NCBI GenBank assembly: GCA_009103225.1
Contig: RHPI01003389.1
Location: forward strand, 62,001 to 126,000
Length of the DNA stretch: 64,000 nt
Source of the DNA: Chlorokybus atmophyticus
Lineage: Eukaryota; Plantae; Mesostigma and Chlorokybus algae
Direction of reading: 5' to 3'
The notes beneath the pieces were generated by a model. That model ran no database searches. It saw nothing but the letters and a program-made list of their open reading frames with translations, and was not told the origin of the DNA. The stretch's first letter is position 1. Each line of letters starts with the position of its first letter. A program made the translations under genes and the position numbers. Shown piece by piece: positions 13,820 through 25,249 of this stretch.

Positions 13820-16800
13820 TCACAACATAAATTGACTGGACTCGTCCGGACCGCCTTGCTTGTGCTCAAATTTTGCAAACATGCTCTTGCCCTCGCGCCA
13901 CCGACGCTCTAGTGGAACAGGTCGGCCGGCAAGCATAGCGTCGACATTGCGCTCCACGGAGGCGTGTACACGCAGCTGCGTGGCGGAGAGCACCTCCACC
14001 AGCACTGGAAAGGTGGCAGCTCCGGAACGCTCCAGTTGGGTCTTTTTGTTCCCATGCTGCCTTGCCAGGGCATCCCCCAGGGTGACTGCTTGCACGCCAC
14101 CAACAAGAGGGCGCAGTTCTGCAGTTCAACATGCTTCAGTGTGCAAGAACCCGAGCATGCACACGCATAGCGCTGAACCTGAACCACAGATGTAATGCAG
14201 CACTCATGCGCGCACGCGCACGCAGGTGTGCGCGCACACGAGCGCTGCATCACTTTGGCTGTCACACACACATCCAAGGCATGTATCCTGCTCAAGCACT
14301 ACGCAGCATGTGCTGCCGCATCCATGCAGCATACCGGGATTCTTGAGCAGACCAGTCAGAGATAAACCGTGCGCTGTAGCAACCATTGCTACACCACGCT
14401 GTGCGATTGTTTGTGCAGCTTTGACTTCTTTAACATCGCTGATTTCGTCCACAATCACAACCTGCGAGCAGGGCGTAGTAATTGTAAAAAGTCCGCGAGT
14501 AGTCAAGCAGTCATAAGCACATTATCTGGCGGTGCACTCGTGCCAAGCTGGTCCAGTACTGCGACCATCATCTGGACATATACCTGTGGATTGTGATTCT
14601 GCACTGCCTCAACGAGCACCTCATGTTGCCGTGTGCGTTCCTGCACATGCATTCGCCTTGCACGGCCCACACAAGGATGGGGGACGTCCCCTCCTCCTGT
14701 TTGGTCATTTGCACACATTGAATCGCAGTCACAGCGCAGTGCTACCATATTACTGTGACAGTGTTAGTAAGGGTGTAACAAGACCTGCAATTTCGTTTGA
14801 TGTGTCTACAACAACGACCCGCAAGCGGAACTTTTCAGCAGTGACGCGTGCAATGTCCCTGAGGAGTGTAGTCTTGCCCACACCTGGCACGCGTGCAACC
14901 CGCATCAGCATCATGCATTTTGGTGATTGATGTTCGGTTTTCAGGGACCTGCTGCATACCTGGAGGTCCCAGGAGCAGAATGGACCGCGGATTGACACCG
15001 TCTGCAAGCTCAGCTGGGCTCGGCATCAGCCGGCTGATGTAATCAACAAGGATGTCAGCCGTGCCTTCGATGTGCCGTCCAATCCGGTACGTCAAGCCGA
15101 GCACCTGGTCGGGCGCAGTCATGAGCCATTGATGCAAAGGCACGAGCTTGGTATTGTTGTTTGCAAGAGCATACCTTCTCAGGGCCGACAATCTGCGAAA
15201 TGCGGTGGAGCGTGCCGGATATGCCGGCGCGATTGGACTTCAAAAACCGTACCCTCTGAGAATCAAGTGAATTGAGCGCCTCATCAATGTCAACGACAGT
15301 CCCGTCAAGAACCTCGTCGCCGCCATCTGTGCAAAGCCACACCCATTGAATTTGTGTTTAGATACTCGCTTTGAACAGTCATGTTGGCATCATTTCAGCG
15401 TATAACATGCCTGCGAATCTGAGCAAAAGTGGGCGTCCCGCATCGAGAATAACCTCCACAAGGCTATGGTCGTCTTGCAAAGCCTCCGTGCGCTTCACGA
15501 TTTGGTTCTGACAAATAACAGCATAGGTTAGTTTGCATGCACGCTAAGCTTCTTGCTGCAACTGGGTGCCAAATAGCATCCCTGAATGGTTGGCACCTGC
15601 AACTCTGCAGGCAGCACTGCGAGCAGACTGTTGAGCTCGGCATCCTTGGAATGTCTCCGCTCAACTTCCACTGGTGTAAACAGTGGTAGTTGTGTTCCAT
15701 AATCACCCCAGCCACTAGATGCTGGGGCGTCATTGTCCTCCCAGCCTGAGGTTGCTACCCTCGTTTGCTCATCTGTTGAGGTGGCGTGCGCATCAGTGTT
15801 GGATGCAGAGGTCTCTACAGAACTAGCTGTGGCTGGAAGCTCCTCTGACACTGGAGCTGGTGCATCGTGCTGCTCATGCTCATTGGCTTGAGCGTTGTCG
15901 TCACCCACGTCATCAGTAACATCAACATTTTCATCATCAGCGGTGTCGGCAGCCGCATCAGCCTCTAGTGCTAGTGCCGCATCTTTGTACACAGGTTGGT
16001 GTTTCTCATCAAACGTCAACCAGAGGTTGACACCAACAGGAGAATTGAAGGCTGACAGCGCCTGCTTGCATGGGTTGATCACGGCTGCTGTTTGCTCAAA
16101 CAAGCGCTGCTTGCAATCTTTGATGTAGTCAAGCTCCAGCTTGTCATACAAGGCAAGCAGCTGGCTGGCATCTGCTGCAGCATACTCCAGTTGCAGCCGG
16201 CTGAGCGGGCGTTTGGACCACTGGCGATGGTCAATTGCATCTTTCTGCACGTTTGCTGGCAGATTGTACTTCCGTAACAGCGCGTTTAATCCCTCTTTTT
16301 GTCCTTTCGTGATCTGTTTGACAAGCAACAGCAACGTTTATGCAACTCTTTCCGCATAGCATTGAAACCTTGCTGATTGTTTGAGCACAATGTACAGGTT
16401 GCTACAAGGTTACAGTCAAGTAACTCAAAGACAGCCATACCTGCTGCGCCAGGACTTGTGTATCCACGACACTCCGTAGAGTAATATCAAACTGGTGGTA
16501 AAGCGCCAAAGCATCTTGCCGTCCATCATGGACAACCTGCAGTTGGCAAAGGCATCAAGGATGTAAAGAGTAGCCAGGAAGCCATTGTCATGCACAACAG
16601 TCATACCTTAGTAATACGCTCATCCTCCAACAGCTTGCGCATCAAGTCAACAACCGCATTGTAGTCAGTTTCGCTTTTCAGCTTGGCACCCACTGGGTCC
16701 AACAGTGCTACAAACCCTTCAGCAGCCAGCTGCACAGCAGCCAAGCAGTCAGGAGCAGCAGCTAGTGCAGAGTACCACCATTGTGACTTAGACATGCCTG

Positions 16801-18323
16801 ATGTCACAGTTTTGGTACTGTAGCACATTCGTGCATACTCTTGTGAAGGACTAAACTTGGTCCAGCAACGCTTGCATTGCAATTGCAATGCATGAAACCA
16901 TGCCAAGTGACATGAGGTCCATACCTGAACAAGGCAAAGCGGGCCTGTCTTACTCAGCGCAATGCCCTCACAATCAATACCAATCCGGCGGCATGTCAGA
17001 AGCTGCTGTGTTGTTTGCCCGCAAGCAAAGCTCGTGTCTATGACGACCGTGCCTACAACACTGAGTTCAGTTCACAACCTTGTGTGTGTTTGCGGACAAA
17101 TGCCACCGACTCAAACCTGAAAGACCCTTGACGTCTGGGACTGCTGTCAATGACGGCATGTCGGTAATGTCCGTGATACGCCACTCAGCAACTTTCTTTG
17201 CTGGACCTAAACCACAGCTTAAACTCAAGCGCACGTGTTTGCCTCACATTTCATATCACGAGACATTGCACTGTGCGTTACCCGTGCTGCTGTGGCCGTT
17301 GCTGTAAGTGGAGCCATGGCGCGCAGCTAACTTGCCTAAGCCTTGCGTAAGCTCCACCACACCTGTAGGGTCCTGCGCGTCCCCGTTGCGGATGGAAAAC
17401 ACATCCGCATTGGCCATCAACACAGCCTTCAAGCCACCAGCGCTTTGCACATACTTCCAGGCAGCTGCATACTGAGGCCTGTTGAGATAATTCCCAAAGC
17501 TAGAGAGACCCACCCGGCCTCCACAAATATCGTGCAAAACAAACTTCATGACGTCAACCGTGTCTGCGGGTGAAGACAGCTGAGGTGATGTGTAACGCTT
17601 GTTTGGTGCCTTGCTCAAAGCTTTTGCTGGGGGAGCCACGAGGTGGGCGGGGTAAACTTGATTCTCAATTACAACTAATTTGTGCGGATAACTGGTGACA
17701 AAGCTTTGCAAGCTCATGCCGGAAGCCTTGATCGCATCTCTGTACGCCACATGCTCAGGCTCCGTCAGTGCCACGCCAATCTCTGAAGGCAGCATGCGAT
17801 TGTTCTTGGACGCAGATACGATTCTCAGCACGACATCGGCAGCTTCATCCAGCATTGTTGAGGTCTTGTCAAAGGTGCTGCTGCCGTTTGGGGAGGGCGC
17901 GCGAGCCAGTGGGTGATTGTACCTGCAGTTCAGGCCAAACCCACAGGTGCCAGACCTGGCATAGTATGCGCAGTCAGGCTGTCCGGGTCGCTGAGGGTAA
18001 CCCAGCGCAATGGGCTGGGGCACAGTGGTAGTGGCTTCGGTGGCAGCGGCAGAAGTGGATGCGAAAGACTGTGCCAGCGTGTGCTTGTTGTTGGCTAATA
18101 CAACAAGCACTTCACCAGAATCGTCCGGAATCAGCGTGAACTTGCTAGGGTGGTTCATCAGAAATGCATGAAGGCCACCAGCACGTTTAACCATGGCCAA
18201 GTTGATCGAGTTCTCACTTGATTGCAACAGGTCGCCCAGTGAGCGCAGAGTGACCTGGCCTCCTGACTGATGGATTGCCGTACATATGCCATCAATAGCG
18301 GCTTCTGTGACCAGCGCAATCAT
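13820..18323 (-). CDS. Multidomain protein, copy A: wHTH/LOTUS-like repeats + CCCH zinc finger + DEDDy (EXD1/Egalitarian-like) 3'-5' exonuclease + Ycf45/SpoIIIAA-like AAA ATPase
   Basis: CCCH: [29 protein letters not shown]. Exonuclease motifs: IGIDCEG (about 16980), [21 protein letters not shown]. Walker [20 protein letters not shown], then [26 protein letters not shown] and Walker B VVIVDEIS. Additional upstream exons are possible. Confidence 0.8.
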
Positions 18324-20552
18324 GCTGTCTGCAAGTCAACACCCAGGAAGGTAAGCGTGTATAGTGACAGCCGTGCAATGCCAAGCTCTACTATCAGGCG
18401 GTATAGCTGCGAAATGCTTTGGCTCACCGCCACTCAGTGTGCTGGAACAGACGTGAGTCTCACCTGGTTTGATGCAGCTGCCGTTTTGATACCGTAGCTC
18501 ACTCACAACCTCCGGTTTGCATGCAGCTACGCCCTTACCATGCAAGCTAAGATCTGCTGGCATCAATCAGCACCACTTCACTTCAGTTCTCGCCTTGAGA
18601 CCAGGCATGCTACACTCTCACAACTGTGAACTCGATATGCAAAAAGCTTGCTTACCTCAGACTGTACCATTCCAATGGACAGGGTCGTGTTTGCAACATC
18701 TGCACGCCTGTCCTCAACGTCCGGCACCTCCTTAACCACTGCATTCACACGCTGCCTACTGCGCATTGTCTATAAGCAACATCCTTGCGAAGAGATGTAC
18801 TGACCTTCCAAGCAACAGCCAGAGCACACAAGTGTGCTTTGCGGCAGACAATGCACAGCTGACCTGCCAGCAGTGCAGCGGGCTGGAACTGACCTTGCTG
18901 GTTGGTTGCGCCTGGTGACCACAGGGAACTTAGTGACAAAGACGATGGCCCTGTCTGCAAGGCACACTACGAGCCATTCCACAACCCACCAACCTGTCCA
19001 TAGATGAACACCAGATGTAAAAGGAAGGAAGCAGCTGATGGTAAGCCCGACTGAACACAAGCAGACACAGCTGTGAGCACATGTGATGCAGAGTGTGCTG
19101 CCGTTGGGACAGGCATGGTACACAGGTTGACCAGCATATGCTGAGATTTTCTGTCCTTGCTACTTGTTGTAACTCAGGCCCCAACCCGTGTTTTTGTATT
19201 GTCTATCAACAACACAGACTGCACGACCGCAACTTGCTGCTTATGGTTACAAGAATGCAGCACTGGCTGACATGTGGCACCCTTATAGCTGGTGGTGATA
19301 TGACAGCAGGTTATCCTGTCGTTTGCTGCTTGACATGCATTGCACTGACGACAACCTAGGTAGCAGCAGCATTTTTATGGACCAGACCAACCACATGCGA
19401 GCATAACCGCGCTGTACATGCATCGTAACTCATCATGTGCTGAGTGACGACAGTGACTGGACTTGTGCTGCCCTTTTGCCACTGGCAATGCTGTAATCGA
19501 CCACTGACGACGTGCATGAGACACAGCTATCTACCCAAAACGCTGCTCAACGCTGCCGAGCAATGCAGAGTAACCCTGCACATGGGACTTGCACGCTGCT
19601 ACGTTGCGCTTGGATGAACACTCGATGCCAATGCGGTTGGTACCACAGCCAGCTTGCGCAACACACCAATACAGCACGAAGCATTGTCCAACGACTTGCA
19701 AGTGCAGCCTACCAGCAATGCATGGACTGGCGATCCACCACAGACAAGAGCGTGATTTGCATACGCATGCATGCCGGCCACAGGTTGTTTAATCCAAGCA
19801 CTCACCCGGACGGTTGGCAAAAACAAGAGCGCTTTGGTGGCACATCACATCATCAACGTTGTTACCATGTGCGCAAAAGTTGAAACGTCTGAGCGCACAA
19901 CTGCCGATCAAGCCTGGGAGAGGAATAAGCATTCAGCAGCGGCCTGCAAGCCAGTGTCAGCTGCTGTTATAGCTGGCGATAAGAGATTGTGTCAAGCAGT
20001 GCTAAGCGGTTGAATGGTATCAGCTTGTTGACGAGGCATGCGAGAGATCTTTGCTAAAGCCGCTTATGAGCTGCTGATCTGACAGACTACAGCCATGCAG
20101 AGCAGCGTTGTGTACCACGCAATTGCATGCTTAGCGACATGATCAGATCGGCTGTGCAGCTGAAACAGTGTGAGCCTGACATCAACAACAGGCCGACCAC
20201 AAGCATGCGATCACACATTACACACTGACATTGCCACCAGCGCCAAGCCCAGCAGGCTGCATGCACCGAAAGAAACGGAGCCTAAATCACAGCAAAGATC
20301 CTGCAGGTTGCCCTGCCAGCAAGCACATTCCAAGAAAGAGAGGCACAAGGTACCTGACCGACAGACATCTCCACCGCCGCCCACTTCGCGCTCTCCGCCG
20401 CCGCCGGCGCGGCCTGTGTGAGAAGTCGAATTGGTACTGAGCTATTCGTCGCATTGCAGAGAGGCGGAGGTGGGCGGCGAGGTGAGGGAGGGATCTTAAG
20501 GGGGAGGTGGGTGAGCCGGCGGGGAGGGGCGTCGGACGCTGCGGTGTTGGGG

Positions 20553-22357
20553 ATGCCTAAGCGGACGACGCACACGTATTCCAGCGAGGACGCGGCGGCA
20601 AGGGACGCCTCGGAGGCGCAGCTCCGCGTGTACTATTGCGCTGCCTGCCAGGCCCACGCCCTCATCCTCGGTAGGGTAGTCAACACACGACTGCCGTCGC
20701 CAAACAGTCGCGTTGCACGCAGAAAGGTCGTTGATTATGCATGGTCAGAGCATGTGCTTGTCCAACACAGCAGCTTGCTCGTTTTCAGGGACTGCGCTTT
20801 CTACTTCTCAACAGGCCACGCCATTGAACTAGCCTTCGCCTTGGCAGCAGCTGTTCCGCTGCGTTAGCCACTTGGTTGTGGTCAACATTGCGCAGCCATG
20901 TTTTTGCGTGCTTGCGCTTCTTCTCTTTTCCGTTGCAAGTCAGCATGCGTCACAGTTGGTTGAAAAAGAAGTTTAGATCTAAGCTCACAGTGCTGGAGAG
21001 CAGCATAACCATGACCAACCCCCACCAAGTGCTGACTTCACACTTACTGCAGACGCGACGCTGCAGGAACTGCCAGTGCGACGTGCGGACGGCTCCAGCG
21101 TGATCGATCGCGCCCAGCGTCTCGTTAAAATCTCCACAATTCCTGGCCCGACACGCCTGATCCGCCGGTAATTCTTTGTTTTACAACAAACAATCTTAAG
21201 CCAACTATCTTGAATGGATGCAACACGCACCCAGACATAGTCAGTTGCAAAGGCAGGTTGACCCCGAAACGTCACTCGTATAACTGTCGTTGTGCATGCA
21301 GACTGTACTTAAACAATGTTCCACTGCTTCCAACTTGAGGCTGTTTCTCAAACGAATGGCATTGTATCGTAACAAGCATGTGTGTACACAGTGCGGACGG
21401 GAAAGTAGAGAGGCAATGGCGAGAGGCGTGCCCGTCATGTGGCCTGCCACTTTTCTACCGGGCAGAGGATGGCCCTGCTGAGGAAGTACGCCTCGTTTAT
21501 GTCATTAAGGGCGCGTTGAGTGGCCAGTCTGCCACGGACTCCAAGGCTGCCTCGGTACATACATTAGCAATGCAAACATTCATGTTCGTACACAAGCTTG
21601 TATGTGCTCGTTTGCACATACATCATTGTATGCGAGTCCGACCATGCAAGCGTATGGCACACTGTGTTGTCATTATGTGCAGGCACTCCTTCTAGATACT
21701 ACATAACAGGTACTTGCTGTGCTTGCAGGATGCCCCTGTGCCGCCATGCATCCAGCAGGTGGGAGACAAAGTGCAGGTTGCCGTGGAGGTGGAAGAGCGC
21801 GCACCTTTGAACCAGATCACAAGTGAGGTTAAGGTTTATGAGGCTTGCATCACATATAGCGGCTGCACTTGCCGTTGCTTAACGGTCTTGCCAACAGGGG
21901 TCAATGCGGATGACGTGCGAGTAGCCATGTGCGCAAGCGCACGGGGAACAGACATTAACAACGAGCTGCTAGAATTCATGGCAAAGGTTTGTTGCTGTGC
22001 ATCGGAATCAACAAACTCATGCATGCAGAGATGGTGCCTGCGTCATTGACTGTTGGCTTATGAATGCATTTGTTCAGGTGCTGGGTCTGGCAGTCACTCA
22101 AGTGACGCTAGAGAGAGGTTGGAACTCCAAGTCCAAACTTCTTCTGGTATGCTACAAATGTACAGTGTAATTGAGCGAGCTCATGCACATCTCTTGGTGG
22201 TTGATCATTCGTGCAAGCCACTGACAGTCATGCATTCATACTTCAGCCAACGCACATTGGCTGGCAGTATTGACGTTTCACTCCTGTGCAGGTTGAGTCT
22301 CTTACCACAGAGAAAGTGTACCATAAACTTCGACAGGCAGCACCTCCTGTCACATAG
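20553..22357 (+). CDS. UPF0235/At5g63440-like protein (STEEP1/CXorf56-like Zn-binding N-terminus + DUF167 C-terminus)
   Basis: [82 protein letters not shown] and VYHKL match the plant At5g63440 pattern as I recall it. Confidence 0.85.
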
Positions 22358-22434
22358 TCTGGAAAAAAGTGTGCTTACGTGTGCAGAGGAACAGAGATTC
22401 GGCGGTGATTTGTTTGGTGCAACACACGCTGGCT

Positions 22435-22840
22435 TGTCGGAGAGTTGAGTACTCTTGTCAAGCAACATGATGGTCATTGCACAGCGTGACCTAAGCAGAG
22501 ATGTGCGTGTACGTAAGCGACGTCGTAATGTCGGAGAGTTGAGTACTCTTGTCAAGCAACATGATGGTCATTGCACAGCATGGCCTAAGAAGAGTTGTAT
22601 AACATATATGCAATGTTATGCATGTGACCCCATTGCATTGTGAACATGACATGCACACACACACGCACACTTGCACACGCTAGCAAACAACTTCTTACAC
22701 CACCGGGCTACCTATATGTGTATGTACATAAGTGACGTCGTGTAAGTGGACACAAATGGTGTTGTCAAGCGACATGATGGTCATCGTACAGCGTGAGCTA
22801 AACAGAGTTGTGTGCATACATAAGTGATGTTGTTAAGTGT
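22435..22840 (+). repeat. Degenerate tandem repeat with a 94-bp period (two close copies plus a third diverged copy)
   Basis: TGTCGGAGAGTTGAGTACTCTTGTCAAGCAACATGATGGTCATTGCACAGC is identical at 22435 and 22529. A related copy lies at about 22725-22840. Confidence 0.85.
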
Positions 22841-23423
22841 ACTAAATGTTGTATGCCAGCATATACAAAATGTTCATTAGAGATGGTATGCTATTGCGTG
22901 TGCAAGTACACTTTCTGCATCCTTCAAGTGACATCCCTACAGCTTCATGGTTGATATGCAATTCAAGTGCAAGCTTGTATGCGTCATTGTACAGTGCATT
23001 ATGAAATTGGGATTGAGCTGCACAAGAAATGCCAACAAACACTGTGCAGTGCACACAGTTAATCAGTGCACATACTTTTTAGTCTGCTATTGGCCCACAT
23101 AAACACTACACTCATGACCAAATCGTAATGCTGCCCTGCCACTGTGAAACTTTCATTCACGGCTAGGGTGCTGCCCATATCAAGTTGTTTGCGCATGAGT
23201 CTGCTGCATGCAATGCAGCCCAAAAACCAATGGACTTTAGAACCGCAAATGCTGTAGCTAGTATTATTCACTTCAAGGTCTAAAGTAGTGTACACCAGCA
23301 CCCTACCCACTGCACAGTACAAGCTTCGCAAGCACTTTGCTGACACTAGTCCTGTGCAAGACAGACACCACCAATGAGAGCTGAAGGGTCATATCGTTTC
23401 TGCTGGATGCTGCAAGTGGTTGT

Positions 23424-24276
23424 CTAAACACCAGCCATCATGCCGCCAGATGATGCTGTTCGGATAATTTGAAATATCGCTGCACATGTAGAACGTGGTT
23501 AGCAGAAAGCTTTGACAGGCACATGATATTGGTAATAAAGCGTAGATGAGTGAGATGTCTGCACTGAGCACTTACATGAGCCGACCACGACAAAGAGGAA
23601 GAACCCCAGCAATACTGGGCCGACTGTGAAGTTACTTTGTTTCTTCTGCAAGCACAAAGCAAGATTTGTTTAGTACAAAACCATTTCTGCCAAAATTGTG
23701 CTGCATGTTAGTTGAAAAATTCCAAGCAGTTTGCTGAATGCTATAGACAACCTCACACGCTAAAGGGCAACTCACCGTTGTGACGACCTTGCCGCGCTTG
23801 TGGATGTTCTTGTTGTACTTCTGGCTCTTGGCCTTGGCGATGCGCTCGGATGTCGTCTGCAACAAAAAAACGAGCAAACGACGTTCAGAATAAGCAAGAG
23901 AGCCCCCTAGAGGACAAGCAGTAGACAGCACAGTCAACTGTAACAAAGTCGTGCGACAGCACACAAACACTGCAATGCAAGCTAGGAAAAACGTGCAAGC
24001 GCTAGGCCAGAAGGCACCCTGCACTGCAGCGAGTAGACTGAGGCATAACCCAATCACCACGACAACTCCAGCAGATCGCTTCCAGCAATAAATAACCGCA
24101 CCAACACGGCGACACTCCTCTAACATGACCAAGCTGCAAAGGGCAGCACGCAAGCAGGCAACCGAGGCACAAAGCGAGCGAACAATTAGCAAGCCAGCTG
24201 TCAGCCAGTGAACACGGGCCGGGTTGACACCCTGCCAAGGACAAACGGTGGCAGCAGTGGAGCAGGCGCTCACCAT
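23424..24276 (-). CDS. SERP1: Stress-associated ER protein SERP1/RAMP4
   Basis: Exons splice to M|TTSERIAKAKSQKYNKNIHKRGKVVTT|KKQSNFTVGPVLLGFFLFVVVGS|SIFQIIRTASSGGMMAGV*. Confidence 0.9.
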
Positions 24277-25249
24277 AGTAATGGGCTGGTTGCTTGCGTG
24301 GCGTGTGAAGGGAGGGGACGTTGACACCGATGCGCTGGGCACCGACAATGACAATATCGCCGCCTCGCAAAGTTACTCGTGTACACAATATGTGCGACGC
24401 TGCCTGCTCTTCATATACTTGGTTACCTTAACTGTCGCCGCCCGCGGCTGTGGTTAGTGAATCAGTCCACTCTCCGCGCAAGTGAATCAGCGACTAGGCA
24501 GGTGAACTACCGAGAGCAACGGTAGTTCAGAGCAACGCGTCCCCAAGTTAGCTGTTAGTTCACCCCACTCCCGACACGGGCTTGCCAATCGGTTAATCTC
24601 TCATTTCGTCACTTGCGCCGCGTGCGTGGCCTCGTCAGCACGGTTAAAGGCGCCACTTCCCCCCGGTTGATCTCCCTCGGAAGATTGACCAAGCGGCTAC
24701 TTGACCATAAAGATCATCCTTTCAACTGGTCTATTTCGTGTATTCGCCGTTAGTTGGAGACTTTCGCGGCTAATGTTCAGCCGCCTTGACGTGGTTCAAA
24801 ATAGTCGAGAATCTGTTGCGCGTCGCAACTTATGCCGACGCATGGCAAAAGCGGACGCATGTCTGCGGCTAGTGCGGCCTCGCACAATCTGTGCGGGGAG
24901 CATGTGCGACTGATCGCTTGTGCTACAAGCACAAGCTGTGCGCCAGGCACAAGGTTTTCCGTGCCTATCTGCTAGCGTAGCTTTTCCACGGTGTCATGCA
25001 CGTAGTTATCCCGCGCTTTGCCGTCACCGCCGCCGCTGCCGTCATCTCCACGGCGTGGAGGGACGCCTGCTGGCTGTGCGTGCTCTTGGATCACTTGTGT
25101 TGAATTTGCTGCTGGCGCGGTGTTATGGGGAGAGGAGAGACGAAAAGAGGGTTGCAGCTAGCAGTCTGGGGCATGGTCGGCTGCTTGCTGCGACCGTGGT
25201 GATGGGACAAATTGGGTATTGTAAGTAGCCGCGCTTCGAGGTGTGTGCA

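Noticed and set aside
16873-16892. 20-bp palindrome TGCATTGCAATTGCAATGCA in an intron of copy A, absent in copy B
   Set aside because: Built from TGCA/GCAT-type words that are very common here, so it is only weak support for the foldback hypothesis.
18400-20440. Possible extra gene or upstream exons between exonuclease copy A and the DUF167 gene
   Set aside because: Candidate exons could not be joined into a convincing protein.
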